A DNA stretch of 64,000 nucleotides from Takakia lepidozioides (taxonomy: Eukaryota; Plantae; Bryophyta). Shown here piece after piece: positions 49,201-61,200 of this stretch. The notes under the pieces were generated by a model that saw only the letters and a program-made list of their open reading frames with translations, did not search any database and was not told the origin of the DNA. The translations under genes were made by a program, and so were the position numbers. Positions within the stretch are counted from its first letter, which is position 1, and the number at the start of each line of letters is the position of its first letter. Where the stretch lies: positions 43,090,001 to 43,154,000 of the forward strand of contig CM060734.1 in assembly GCA_030704615.1 (NCBI GenBank). Direction: 5' to 3'.

Positions 49201-52200
49201 CAAACACATCTACATGTCTCACTTGAAGGTCGCATCGCAGAATTGGATGCAATTCAACAAGTTCTAGACCCTCAGTCTCGGCACATGAATGCGAAGGTTG
49301 GTGTGTATCTATCAATTACTGTTTGTAACATTCTGAGTGTGACACGTTCAACAATTAAGTATGAAAGCCTTTCGGGGTCTGCTTATTAGTGATGACACTT
49401 AACCACATCGGGCACAGTGATCAAGCAGACCAAGGGAGTTCCCCCACATGGTGGCTACTCTTATATACATGAATCATAAATGTCATTTTTGGTGTAGGAA
49501 TATGCCTTGAAGTCCATTGAGGAGCTCAAATCCATGGCACATACAAAGGTAAAAGTGCTCAAAGAGACAGTGGCAATCCTCGAGGTAGACACACAGAGGC
49601 TGAAAAATGAAAGTGACAACCTGGAGTTAGACATACAGAGGTTGAAAAATGCTAATGACGGCCTGGAGGAAAGAGCAGCATTATATGAACCTCAAATCCA
49701 AAGAATGGTGAATCTGCTCTGGACGGTGAGTACTGTTCCACTCCTCCATTGGGGTCTCCAGTTTTGTCAAGGAGACAGATAAGAAACAGATAAGTTAATG
49801 TCCAGTACATTTGAAAATTGTGTGTTCTTCAAAATTTTCCACAGTAGGAGGGTCTTTTGAAATTCAGTTCTCGGCATAAAGTTGATATACTTGTTTCTTC
49901 TTCTGACGTGCTCTTCACCACCCTACCTCACTTTATCTGTCTACAGCTATGGAATCGGGTGTCTCTCACAAGTAAGACCATCAAAGAGACCAGCCAGGAG
50001 GCTGCAGATCGATCCAAAGCCTTATGGCTAAACTTAGGAGATCAAGTAACAAGTGTGAATGAGAACTCCCTAATGTTTACCAGTATCCAGCAATCTGTAG
50101 CTGAACTTAAGAAGATGGCAGAACTGCAACTGGAAAGTCAGTCCAATATGAAGCAGGCAAGCACCTTAAGATGATGATACATGCTACCAGCCAACCTCAT
50201 CCATATTGTTTTTAAGTTCTCCCCAGAAAGTTTTGAAGTTCGCCCCCATATTTGCTCTGACAGGTTGGTATGTTGTGACTCGGAAAGCAGGAGATACAGG
50301 AGCTGGTTCGGAATGTATCACAATCTACAGCTAAGGGCTATGCTACAGTGCCCATGGCAAGCCAAATAGGAGCTGGCGCCAGAGTTTTACTAATACCAAA
50401 CTCCATAGGAATTGGAGGAAGAGATGCAATTGGTCCAACCCAGCGAGGATCAATTAAGGCCAGAGATGCTAGTGGTTCTACCCAAAAAGGTTCAGTTCGA
50501 GCCAAAGACACTGTTGGCTCAAATCACACAGGAGGTGAAATTGAAGGTTCATTCACTTCAAGCCAAAGAGCTGTGAGGCTTGAAGATGCAACTGGCTTGG
50601 ACCAGACAAAGACCCTCAATGAATCAGGCGAAAGAAGATCAGTTGGGAGTGAAAATCAAATTGGCCAATTGCACACAGAAGTTGGAAGCACCCAAGATTC
50701 CAGTGGTGTCAGCAAGGGAAACAAGGAGATGGGCTTACTTTCAACTGTTGCAATCCAGAAAGAACTTCGGCCAGTCAATCTTATCAGTTTCAATCAGGAA
50801 CGAGAAATGGGAGGGGAAGCATCTAGTTTACATCCGAACTTCAAGGACTTGAAGGCAATGCTGGAAATTGAGGAAAAATGTGTGAGTGACAGGGCACCTC
50901 TGGAGGCCGAGATTTGCGAGCTGAAGGCGACGCTGAAGGCTGAGCAAGTTGCACAGACATGGCGGGACAAGTACACCCAAGACTTGGTCAGAAAGTATAT
51001 TGATCTTAAATCTAAGGTCTGTTCTAAGCATCATAAGATTATTATGAAAACACTACTAATATAATGCTGCAAGCAGAAGATATAATCTGACCTACTCTAC
51101 AAAGAATCTACCCTTGAACACAGGATTTTTCAACTAGCCTTGTAGCTGTCAAGTCCCAATTAACTGTTTGCAGAACCTGGACAGTTGTTCCATCTACTTC
51201 GCAAGCAATAGAGAACTTGGATTCATTTCAGTCTACCTACCATGAATATATTTGTCATGAACTCTTATATTGGCCAATCCATGTAAACTGACTTCAGCAA
51301 ATCATGCAAATTAAATGAGGATAAAGATGCAGCTAAGCTAAGCTAAATGTATTCTGGGTTTTGGGGGGGGCAGCTTGGACTGATGGCAGGGACTATCAGG
51401 ATCTCAAGGGCTGTGCAGACTGCACGCACAGATTGCTTGTGCATACACACACCCCCCTCCGCCAATGAACAAGAGTTCCCTGACCACTTCCGTACATACT
51501 GGACCAAACTCGTGGAGAAAGCCAAGGTATGCACTTGAGCTGTGCACTCTTTCTCCCTCTTTTTATCTCTCTATCTGCTCAATGGCCACAAGGCTACGGC
51601 AAACAACGTCTTATGAGTACATTCTCTCTGCTCTAAGTTACCCGAAACCAAAACCCTAGCAAAGCCGAGCATGCACATGACGGAAACAACAAGAGGAACT
51701 AGGTGCAGAGACCAACAAAAGAATGTACTCATAAGACGTTGTTTGCTGTAGCCAGAGACCAACAAAAGACATTGACCTCAAGAACAGACCAAAGAATGGA
51801 AAATTTCACTACTTTACAAGCAAAAAACAGGCAAATTGTGCTAGTCCGACCCCTAAAGGAGTAGTGAAACCCAAAGCTGTTCAAAATGTTGGAGGTGTCA
51901 AGGCTATAGCCCTTGCACGGCACTCTGAGAACAGAACGGGACGGGTAGCTCAGTGGTAGAGCACCCCACCAGATTAGCATAAGGGCTATGCCTTGAGGGG
52001 GAGTGTCGGAGGTGTCAAGGCTATAGCCCTTGCACGGCACTCTGAGAACAGAACGGGACGGGTAGCTCAGTGGTAGAGCACCCCACCGGAATGGGGGAGG
52101 TCCTAGGTTCAATCCCTAGCGGCCACACGCCAGTGGTTTTCCAACACAAAAGACTCCTTACCTTTTTTTAAGGCTAGAATCAACGAATAATGTCCCAATC

Positions 52201-55200
52201 CTGGAGGGTACTGGTACTGACCATCAAACTCGTTGTCCACTCAAGATCCCTCCCTATTTTAGGCTCAGCTTAATGGGTCACAAGCCTACGGCAAGCTTAA
52301 ACACTCGAACACTAGATGTGAAAATCAATCGAGAAGTCTCCTGCATGGATCATTTTGGAGAGGTATGTCTCAGTGTACACAGTCAGGTATCATTATTTCC
52401 AGAGACATTGCATACCTTGTCTTCCCTCTTCTTCATTTGTGCACACCAAACTGCACACAGATTGAATAATAATTTTCCAAATTAGAGTAGTAAAGCACAT
52501 CCTAAAGAAAATGTTGACAAACAGGTCTGACAAACAGGTTTATACCCTGTGAAGTCCAGAGGATAAAATTTTTGATGGCACAAAGATTGTACTCATAAGA
52601 CGTTGTTTGCCGTAGCCTTGTGGCCATTGACCCCGCGCCCAGTTTGAGCGGGAACAAAAGGGACAGAACCTACCTCTGTCAGGGGCTGACGTTGGTAGTA
52701 AGACTTACCTCCATATAAAGAATTAATCCGGGTTTTCCAGATATCCTCTAGAAATCCCTTCACACAAGCATTAATCTGCTGTGTGTGATTTGTCCCAGAT
52801 TTGCTTACAATCTGCCTACCCTTCCTATCAATATAATTAGTATCCATTGTAGCTTGAAAAGCTGCACATACCCAACTAGGGCATTATATTTTCATACTTC
52901 AAAGGAATAGATTTCTTTGGAGATCCGCTTCATGCACCACCCTACCTCCCTTCTCCACCTCTCCTCTCTAGAGTAATGTGGCAGCAACACATCATGGGTT
53001 CTGGCTACAACTATTTAATGTCCAGAAATATGTCAGCATGAGAAGTAACTAGGTCATGATTAGCTGCCCGTTGCCATGACTAGTCTTCCATTCTCTGTTT
53101 CCACAGACAGGTGAACCAATAACAGAGAAGGGTGCAAGACAATTGATACATGGCATCTACCTCGCCAAAATAAAAGACGACCTTGCTAGTGTGCACAGCA
53201 ACAAAACACCACAAGAGATGCCAGAGTTTGTGTACTTGTATTTCCGGAATGAATTTGGTTTGCCATCACTCAGAGATGAAAAGATGCTTGAGTTCCTCGC
53301 CACTGTCATTGCCCATAAGAGAAATCCAGAGGTACTCTTTTAGAAGCTTTTTATAAGAATGTTCTGACAGTACCTTTTTTCCTTTCTCCACCATGCAAAC
53401 TTAATTGGCCACTCCAAACTGGAGAGCTGAGAGTTCAGGTGTTGTTTGAGATGGCAGCATATGCATGTATGCAGATGAGTCAAAAAGAATTTGTAAGAGG
53501 CTCTCTTATAGCTTGAGAAAGAGACAAAGGGTAAAATCTGTCATTCCAAGATCACTCTACAGAGGAACTGTTATAGCAGTCAGCTCCCATGGTTCACCAC
53601 ACCCAAAATCTGAGATTTCGCTGTATCGTAGCTGTTCTCAAATCCAAACAGTATGTAGTAGAGCTTCTTAGAAAGGCAGACATTTAGGCACTATCTACAG
53701 GAAGCTAAAGGAAGGTCTTGATGCTCAGTTTAATCACTGTGCAGGTACGTAGCTTTGGAATATCGGCTGCCATTCTGCATGATACGCACTCCAAACCCAG
53801 GCCCACCTCTCCCATCCTCTTCCACTACGAAGGACGAATCCCCACCACTCCCATGCTGACAACCCTTCCTACCAACGTGAACATTGGAAGACTCCCTCTT
53901 GGTGATATCCAGTTTCACCAGAGCTCAACCAATGCCCATGAAGACATCTGGAAAGGGAGCCTGTTCTACACTCCACGCTCCATCCTCAGTGACCGCTATC
54001 CATTAAGCAGTCCTGCCAGTGGGACCATAGAGAGTGCACCTTCTAGGCCCACTGGTCCACCAAAGAGCACACAGTATAGGCTGTCAAGCCCTCCAAGAGG
54101 ACAAAGTGTTCTTGATGAAGCAAACAACTCCTTCAGCCCTAGGATCGGTAGTCCAAGGACAAGGGCAACTGGCACCCCAATTGCTCCACTTCCCATAACC
54201 GCTCTTGGGACACGGAGGTGGCGAGCACGGTTTGCCCGGACTACCTGTATTCCATTTGTCAAGGTACACTCTGCATTTTCTTAACGTTAAACAACTGTAT
54301 TTGGTTGTAATTTCTTGGTTCAATTCCCATGGGCCCTTCAGGCCTCACACAAACATGATACCCTTCTCTCTCTCTCTCTCTCTCTCTCTCACCCACTCTC
54401 AGCACTAGACTGAAATTTAAATTCAGGGAGGGAAGCCTACCTTTGAACAGCAAACAGATGCAGAGAGGAAAGGGGGATTGCAAATGCCTGTTGTGTGGGC
54501 AACCTGAAGACAATATTCACTTTCTGATTTATTTTCCTGGGTACTCTCACCAGAGAGACGCCCTCTTCAAATCTATCAAGGGAATTGGGCCTGTACATCT
54601 GTTTACCAACTTTGAAATCTAGAGGCTGAGCCAAAGCCCAGGCCCTTTTGGGGCCTAGTTATTGGGCAAACCATACACAGCAGATTGATGCTTGTGTAAA
54701 GGGATCTCTAGAGGATATCTGGAAAACTCGGATCAATTGTCTGTTCCAAGGTAAGTCATACTACTGGTGTCAGCCCCTGACAAAGGTAGTTTCTGTCCCT
54801 TTGTGTTCCGCTCAAACTGAGCGAGGGGTCAATGGCCACAAGGCTACGGCAAACACTCTTATGAGTACATTCTAATCTGGTTTGGGCCTTATCCACTACT
54901 TTTGACTCTAGTTTTTCCATTTAAATCGGATGAACAGAGGCACAATACTCAATTATGCAGATTACTGTCCTGGATATTAAGAGTGAATGATACACCTGTC
55001 AGTGAATCAGACAAGTGCCAGCTAGAGACTTCTTAAATTGTTGGGACTCTCATGCTATCTAATTAGGTTCCAGGTGGTGGCCTGAGCACAGTCTCTTTCC
55101 ACTGCACCTTCCACACTTCAAGAGTGTTCTTCAAGGACCAGCCAGGTAGAGAGAGAGCATGAGCAAACAGATTTTCCTTACTATTCCTTTGCAGTAAGCT

Positions 55201-58200
55201 GCAATGCTATGCTTATCATCTAGACACTGATCCAGTCTCCTTTGTCTCTCAGGGTGGACATGGATATCAACTAGGTGAGGCCATGTGCACCTGGGGTTCC
55301 ACAGGGATCACTAACCTGTTGGTTTGTTGGTTGGCTGTGATGGATCCAGGTCAGGCTTCACCTTTGCCTTGATAGCTAGGAGTGGCTGCTGTCCAAAGAC
55401 TTTCTCCTCCAACCTTGTAAATGAAGTTTGGTTGCTGGTTGGTTCTTTTACAGTACGGTGTTAAACTCTTTCTTTTAAACTTCTCTGGTTTTGGAAACCA
55501 GACTTCCCCACCCACCCCCTTGGACTGAAGGTAAGCTGAAAGAGAACGTGAAGTATGATGGGGCCTGTTTCAGGCAGTTGATGTCATTAAAATTCTGACT
55601 GATTTTGTATGGATCAGTCATATCCTGTCTTGACTTGACAACGGTAACATCTCTCTCTCTCCATTCCCCAACCCAAACTCCTTCTCCTATAACCTCTAAA
55701 CCCCTTCACTTCTCTCTCTTTACTACAGCCAATGTCAGTAAGGCAATCAAGAAGCTGCAAAATGGCAGAGCGGTGGACATTTCAGGACTTCAGAGTGAAT
55801 TCATCAAGCATGCTGCACCTACTTTAGCCCCTTTTATAGCTAACCTCTTCAATGAGGTGGTGCAACGGGGCTTCCCAACAGAGTGGACAAAGAGCATCAT
55901 CCACCCACTTTTTAAGAGCGGTGACAGGCTCGCACCGACAAACTATCGTACTATCATGGTGTCCTCATTACTTGCTAAACTGTTTGGGGCAGTAGTGGCC
56001 ATGGAACTGGATGATTGGGCTGAGTACTCTCGCATTCGTGCTGAGGGACAGGCTGGTTTCCGTCGAAACCGATCCACTATTGACCACATCTTCACTCTTC
56101 AAGTTATGGTGGAAAGTGCACGCTATGACAAAAGAATGGTCTATGTTTGCTTCGTGGACTTTCACAAAGCCTTTGATTCAGTTCCTCGGGACCTTCTCTT
56201 CCAACGGCTCCATAGAGTGGAAGTCCCTCCAGACATCCTTTGTGCCATCTCTTCTATGTATGAGATTGTCACTGGCATGGTCAACGTCGCTGGTGAATTC
56301 TCAGCCGAGATCCACAGCAACATTGGAGTCAAACAGGGCTGCCCCCTTTCACCTACCCTGTTCGGGATCTACATTGACGCCTTGGAGAATTACATATCAA
56401 AAAACCATGGGGTTGGGGTCCCATTGGATGGGGGACCAACCCAATCAGATCTCCTCTATGCTGATGATGTTGCCCTTTTGGCACTATCCCCGGTCTTCCT
56501 GCAACGCCATCTCAAAATTTTGGAACAGTTCTGCAAAGACTATGGGATGCAGGTCAATCTTAGCAAGACCAAGATCATGGTCTTCAATGGCCAGGCTGAT
56601 CGTAGATTCATCTTCAACCAGCAGGAAATTGAGATTGTGAAATCATACCGGTACCTAGGTCTGGTTATCCACTCCCCCAAGTTTCACTTTGCAGCCACTG
56701 CCTTGGACAGGTTGACTAAAGGTAAGGCGGCCTCCGTCCGCCTTCAGGCCAAATGCAAGCAAATACATCTGCAGCATCCCCCGACCAAAAAGTGGCTGTT
56801 TGACACCGTCGTCAGCCCTGCTACCATCTATGGTTGTGAGTTCTGGGCACCTGGTGTCCCTGTCTCCTGGTGGGAAAAGAATTTGGAACCATTACAGTCA
56901 TCTTTTCTCCAAGCAATGCTTGGCGCCAGGAGCACAACTCCATCTCAGATCCTAGGTGCAGAGTTCGCATGTGTACCATTGCAATCCGAGGCCCTCTTCA
57001 GGCTTACAATCTGTCTCCATAGATTGCAGGCCCTTCCACCCAAAGGGCTAGTGGCTAGGGCCCTCACAACATCTATGAGGCTCAAAGCTGCAGGTTTCAG
57101 GAACTCCTGGTATGCTCGACTGGACAGTTTATTTCAACGTAACGGACTTTCTACTGCTTTCCTATTACCAATGAACCCAGATGAGGTGGACATCACATCC
57201 AGACATGACCGCAACAGACTCATTTGGAGAGAGCTTATGGAATTACATGTCAAGAGAACTTGGATGCTACCCAATCTCACGACAAAGCTCCACTTCTATC
57301 GAGAGACATTCTTGGTGCTCCGCGATGATAGAATCTTGAGACCAAATTACCTTTCAGCACCCTTATCTCCTTCCCTCTTGAGGGCATTGGGGCGGTTCAG
57401 GGTGGGTTCCCACAACCTACGGATAGAGACTGGCAGATGGGAAAACCTGCAACGGGAGGACCGCCTATGTCCAGGTTGCATAGGGCGCAGCAAGGAAATT
57501 GAAACTGAAGAACACTTCTTCTTCTACTGCCCTCTATACTACGAGATCCGTGGGAGATCCACTGTTTATTCAGTGGAACCCAAACTCTCACTGATGTCTT
57601 TCACTATGAGGATCAAAAATGCTTGGCAGCCTACCTACACGAGGCCTTCACCCTTAGACAATCGCTAGAACATTAATTGTGGTTTCTGGATTTGTTCCTC
57701 TCTCATGTTTTCTTCCATTTTGTCCCATAAGCTCTACGAGCTTTCCGCGGACGTTATAAAGCACCATTTCATTTCATTTCTCTCTCTCTCTCTCTCTGGA
57801 AGACTGAAATGATCCCCTTTCGCTGGCGACAGGGGGTCATTGTCAATCTATACAAGAAGGGTGACAGAGAAGAACCGGGGAACTACCGTGGCATCACGCT
57901 CCTCAATGCTGTTGGCAAGACATTCTGCAGAGTTATAAGTACTCGTCTCGAGGTTGATCTGGAGTCTAGAGGTTGTTTCCACGAAGGCCAAGCTGGCTTT
58001 CGGCGAAACAGGGGCTGTGTGGATCATATCTTCACTCTAAGCCAGATTATCCAGGGAAGGAAAAAAGAAGGGAAACCCACTTATGTTTTTTTCCTGGATG
58101 TCAAAAAGGCTTATGACACAGTGTGGAGAGATGGCCTATGGTTCCGCCTCTGGTCTTGTGGGATCACGGGAAAGATGTGGAGAGTTGTCCACAACTTGTA

Positions 58201-61200
58201 AGCTCACACCAAAAGCTGTGTCACTGTTAACGGACAGAAGTCCAACTTCTTTGACATAGACCAAGGTGTAGCTCAAGGATGTACTCTCTCCCCTCTGCTC
58301 TTCAATGTTTTCATCAATCAACTCCTCGAGGATGTGGAAAGTGAGGGATTTGGGTTAAGGGTGGGTGATACCACCATACCAGCCCTTATGTTTGCGGATG
58401 ACTTCGCAGGCATAGGGGAAACTCCAACCAATCTCCAGGAGTTGATTGATTGCGCGAAGAGATACTTTGATCTTTGGGGGCTAGAGGCTAATGTCAGCAA
58501 ATGTGCAGTGGTAGCATTCAACGACAGAGGAGAGGGAGGAAGTGATCTTAAGTGGCAGTGGGGTAGCCAAGAGATCCCGGTCCTCCCTTCCTACACTTAC
58601 CTGGGCGTTGAGTTTTCCTCCAATTGTAATTGGGATGCACATATCCGGAAAGTTGTTCAAACTGGCAAGGGCAAAGCTCTGGGGCTCACTAAATTTTTCC
58701 ACTGCAGAGGGGTCAACTCTGAGGTTAAGAAAACCATGCTTTGCCGCATTATTAGACCTGCCTTGGAGTACGGATCTGCTATATGGGTTGATACTCCAAC
58801 CAGGCTAAGTCTCTAGAATCCATTCAAGTGGGGGTGCTTAAGGAGTGTATGTCAGCATGCTCCAAAACAGCCAATGTGGCTGTTCGGGGTGAGTTTGGCA
58901 TTCCGTCCTTAAGCTCCCGACGAGATGAATTCAAGGTCAGATGGTGGGGTCAGCTGCAACATATGCCCAACACCAGATATCCTAAGTTAATCGACTCTAT
59001 ATCTTGGAAACAGGACCGCCCTGTCAAACAGGCTAAGTCCTGGCAGAAGAGAGTAGAAGAGATTCTCAAGGACCTGGACCTGGATCCGCAAGTCTTGACC
59101 CTGCTGGATAAATCTGACTTAGAGGCTGTAGTGTCCGAAGCCATGTCTGTTGCCATGAGATTGTCTGATGAAAATGAAGTTAGGCAGAAAACTTCCCTGA
59201 ACTTGCTTCCAGTCAGTGACATGGGGGAGGACATCTTGGATTGGCACTAGACTGAAATTTAAACTCAGCGCGGGAAGCCTACCTTTGAACAGCAAACAGA
59301 AGCAGAGAGGAAAGGGAGAGTGCAATTGCCCGTTATGTGGGCAACCTGAAGACAACATTCATTTTCTGATTCATTGTCCGGGGTTCTCTTACCAGACAGA
59401 CGCTCTCTTCAAATCTATCAAGGGAATTGAGCCTGTACCTCTGTTTACCAACTTTGAAAGTCTCGAGGCTGAGCCACAAGCCCAGGCCCTTTTGGGGCCT
59501 AGTTATTGGGCAAACCGCACACAGCAGGTTGATGCTTGTGTGAAGGGATCTCTAGAGGATATTTGGAAAACCCGGATCAATTGTTTATTCCAAGGTAAGT
59601 CTTACTACCGGCGTCAGCCCCTGACAAAGGTAGGTTCTGCCCCTTTGTGTTCCGCTCAAACTGGGCACGGGGTCAATGGCCACAAGGCTACGGCAAACAA
59701 CGTCTTATGAGCACACACATACACACACACTCTCTCTCTCTCTCTCCTCATAAGGCCACAAGGCTACGGCAAACAACGTCTTATGAGTACAATCTCTCTC
59801 CTCATAAGGAAAGCATCTAAAGCAACTGAAGGATATACATGCAGGAAACAAAACTGTTAGGAATGACAGAGGAAGAGATGGCACATCCACTTGCCCAGAA
59901 TTTGATGGAGTTACGACCAAACTATGATAATATCTCTGTTGACTTTGAGAACTTAGCTCATCCATTGGTGAGCCTTCTGCCTCTTTTGGAAAAGCTTATA
60001 GCCTTCATACAGTCAGGACCATAGCTGCTCAAGGGTAGGTTTCTGGTTATGGTAGGTGTAACCTACACAAGTAGGGGATAAGAGATGCTGCTGACAGAGA
60101 GAGAGAGATTGCTCCAGCGAAAAAGCTGGCTGATGCTGCTAACATGTATGTATCCAGATGATTACTTGTTAATCATATGGGACAGTAACACCTAAAGATG
60201 CTTAGCAGCACTTTTTGAAAGGCAGACGAGTCTCGACATCTGCCGAAACACCTCTGAAGAATGTGTGGGTTTCTTGAGTTTTGATTTGATCACAACAGGA
60301 CCGACATACTAACTATGGCGTGTTTTCTCATATTTCCCAATACGTGTCTATGGGCAGACTGATGAGGCTACAGAGAGGCTTTGCAACATTCCAGGACTTG
60401 AGACACTGCTCTCCTTGATATCCTCCCGCCAATTTGTGGATGCAGCAGCCAATGTGGATTTGGGCGTCCCAATTACAGATGGGCAGTTACCACAACTGCA
60501 CCCTTTTCTTCATCAGGTCCAACCCTATTCCCCACGGTAACTAGAGCCACGTGAAGTTTGTTGTGATATACAAGCACATTGGAGAGGTAGAAAATACTCC
60601 TATCGAACCCCATCCACCACAAATCTTTGTCACATGAATAATACTGAGATGAGCTGAGGGTGACCAGTATGTTCGGATACTGTTTCCACTGCTCTCTCAT
60701 GATCGCTTGTAGGGTTCTGACAAAAGAACTTGCTGTTAACAACTGCATCTCCAGGCTGGTCCCTTGGTAAGCAAAATGAGGCAATTGGGTGGCATGATCC
60801 CAGTGTTAAGTAGAAACCGGATGTTAGAACCACAGTATAGATAGGCGGCAAATAATTCTCTCAACTTCCAGGATAGCTACAAATGTTGCTTGCAGGTGGT
60901 ATTTAACTTAATCACGTGGCATTTCAGGCATGCAACATCTTGGATGTGGAGATGCCATACATGTTTGTACGAGATAGCCCTTTTTGTCGGGCATATACAT
61001 GGTGCCCAGAGGGAAAGAAACCATCCATTCTCTTCAACAGCGCCTTGTTTGACATTCTTAGCCCTTCAGAGCTCCAGGTCAGAATGCTGATGAGGTATTT
61101 AGTAGGTATACCATAGCCAATGTTTACAGGGAAGGGACAATGAGTACGTCTAATTTCTGGTCTCTTTACATATAAGCACCATCACTGCACCTCTTTGGGG

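Noticed and set aside
50264-50267. 4-nt micro-exon (AG|GTTG|GTATGT) in the giant gene
   Set aside because: An in-frame phase-0 acceptor at 50290 (EIQELVRN...) explains the frame without it.
52056-52128. Functional tRNA gene or simple tRNA-SINE
   Set aside because: The acceptor stem does not pair, and the sequence sits within TG...CA LTRs with a PPT and a 5-bp TSD.
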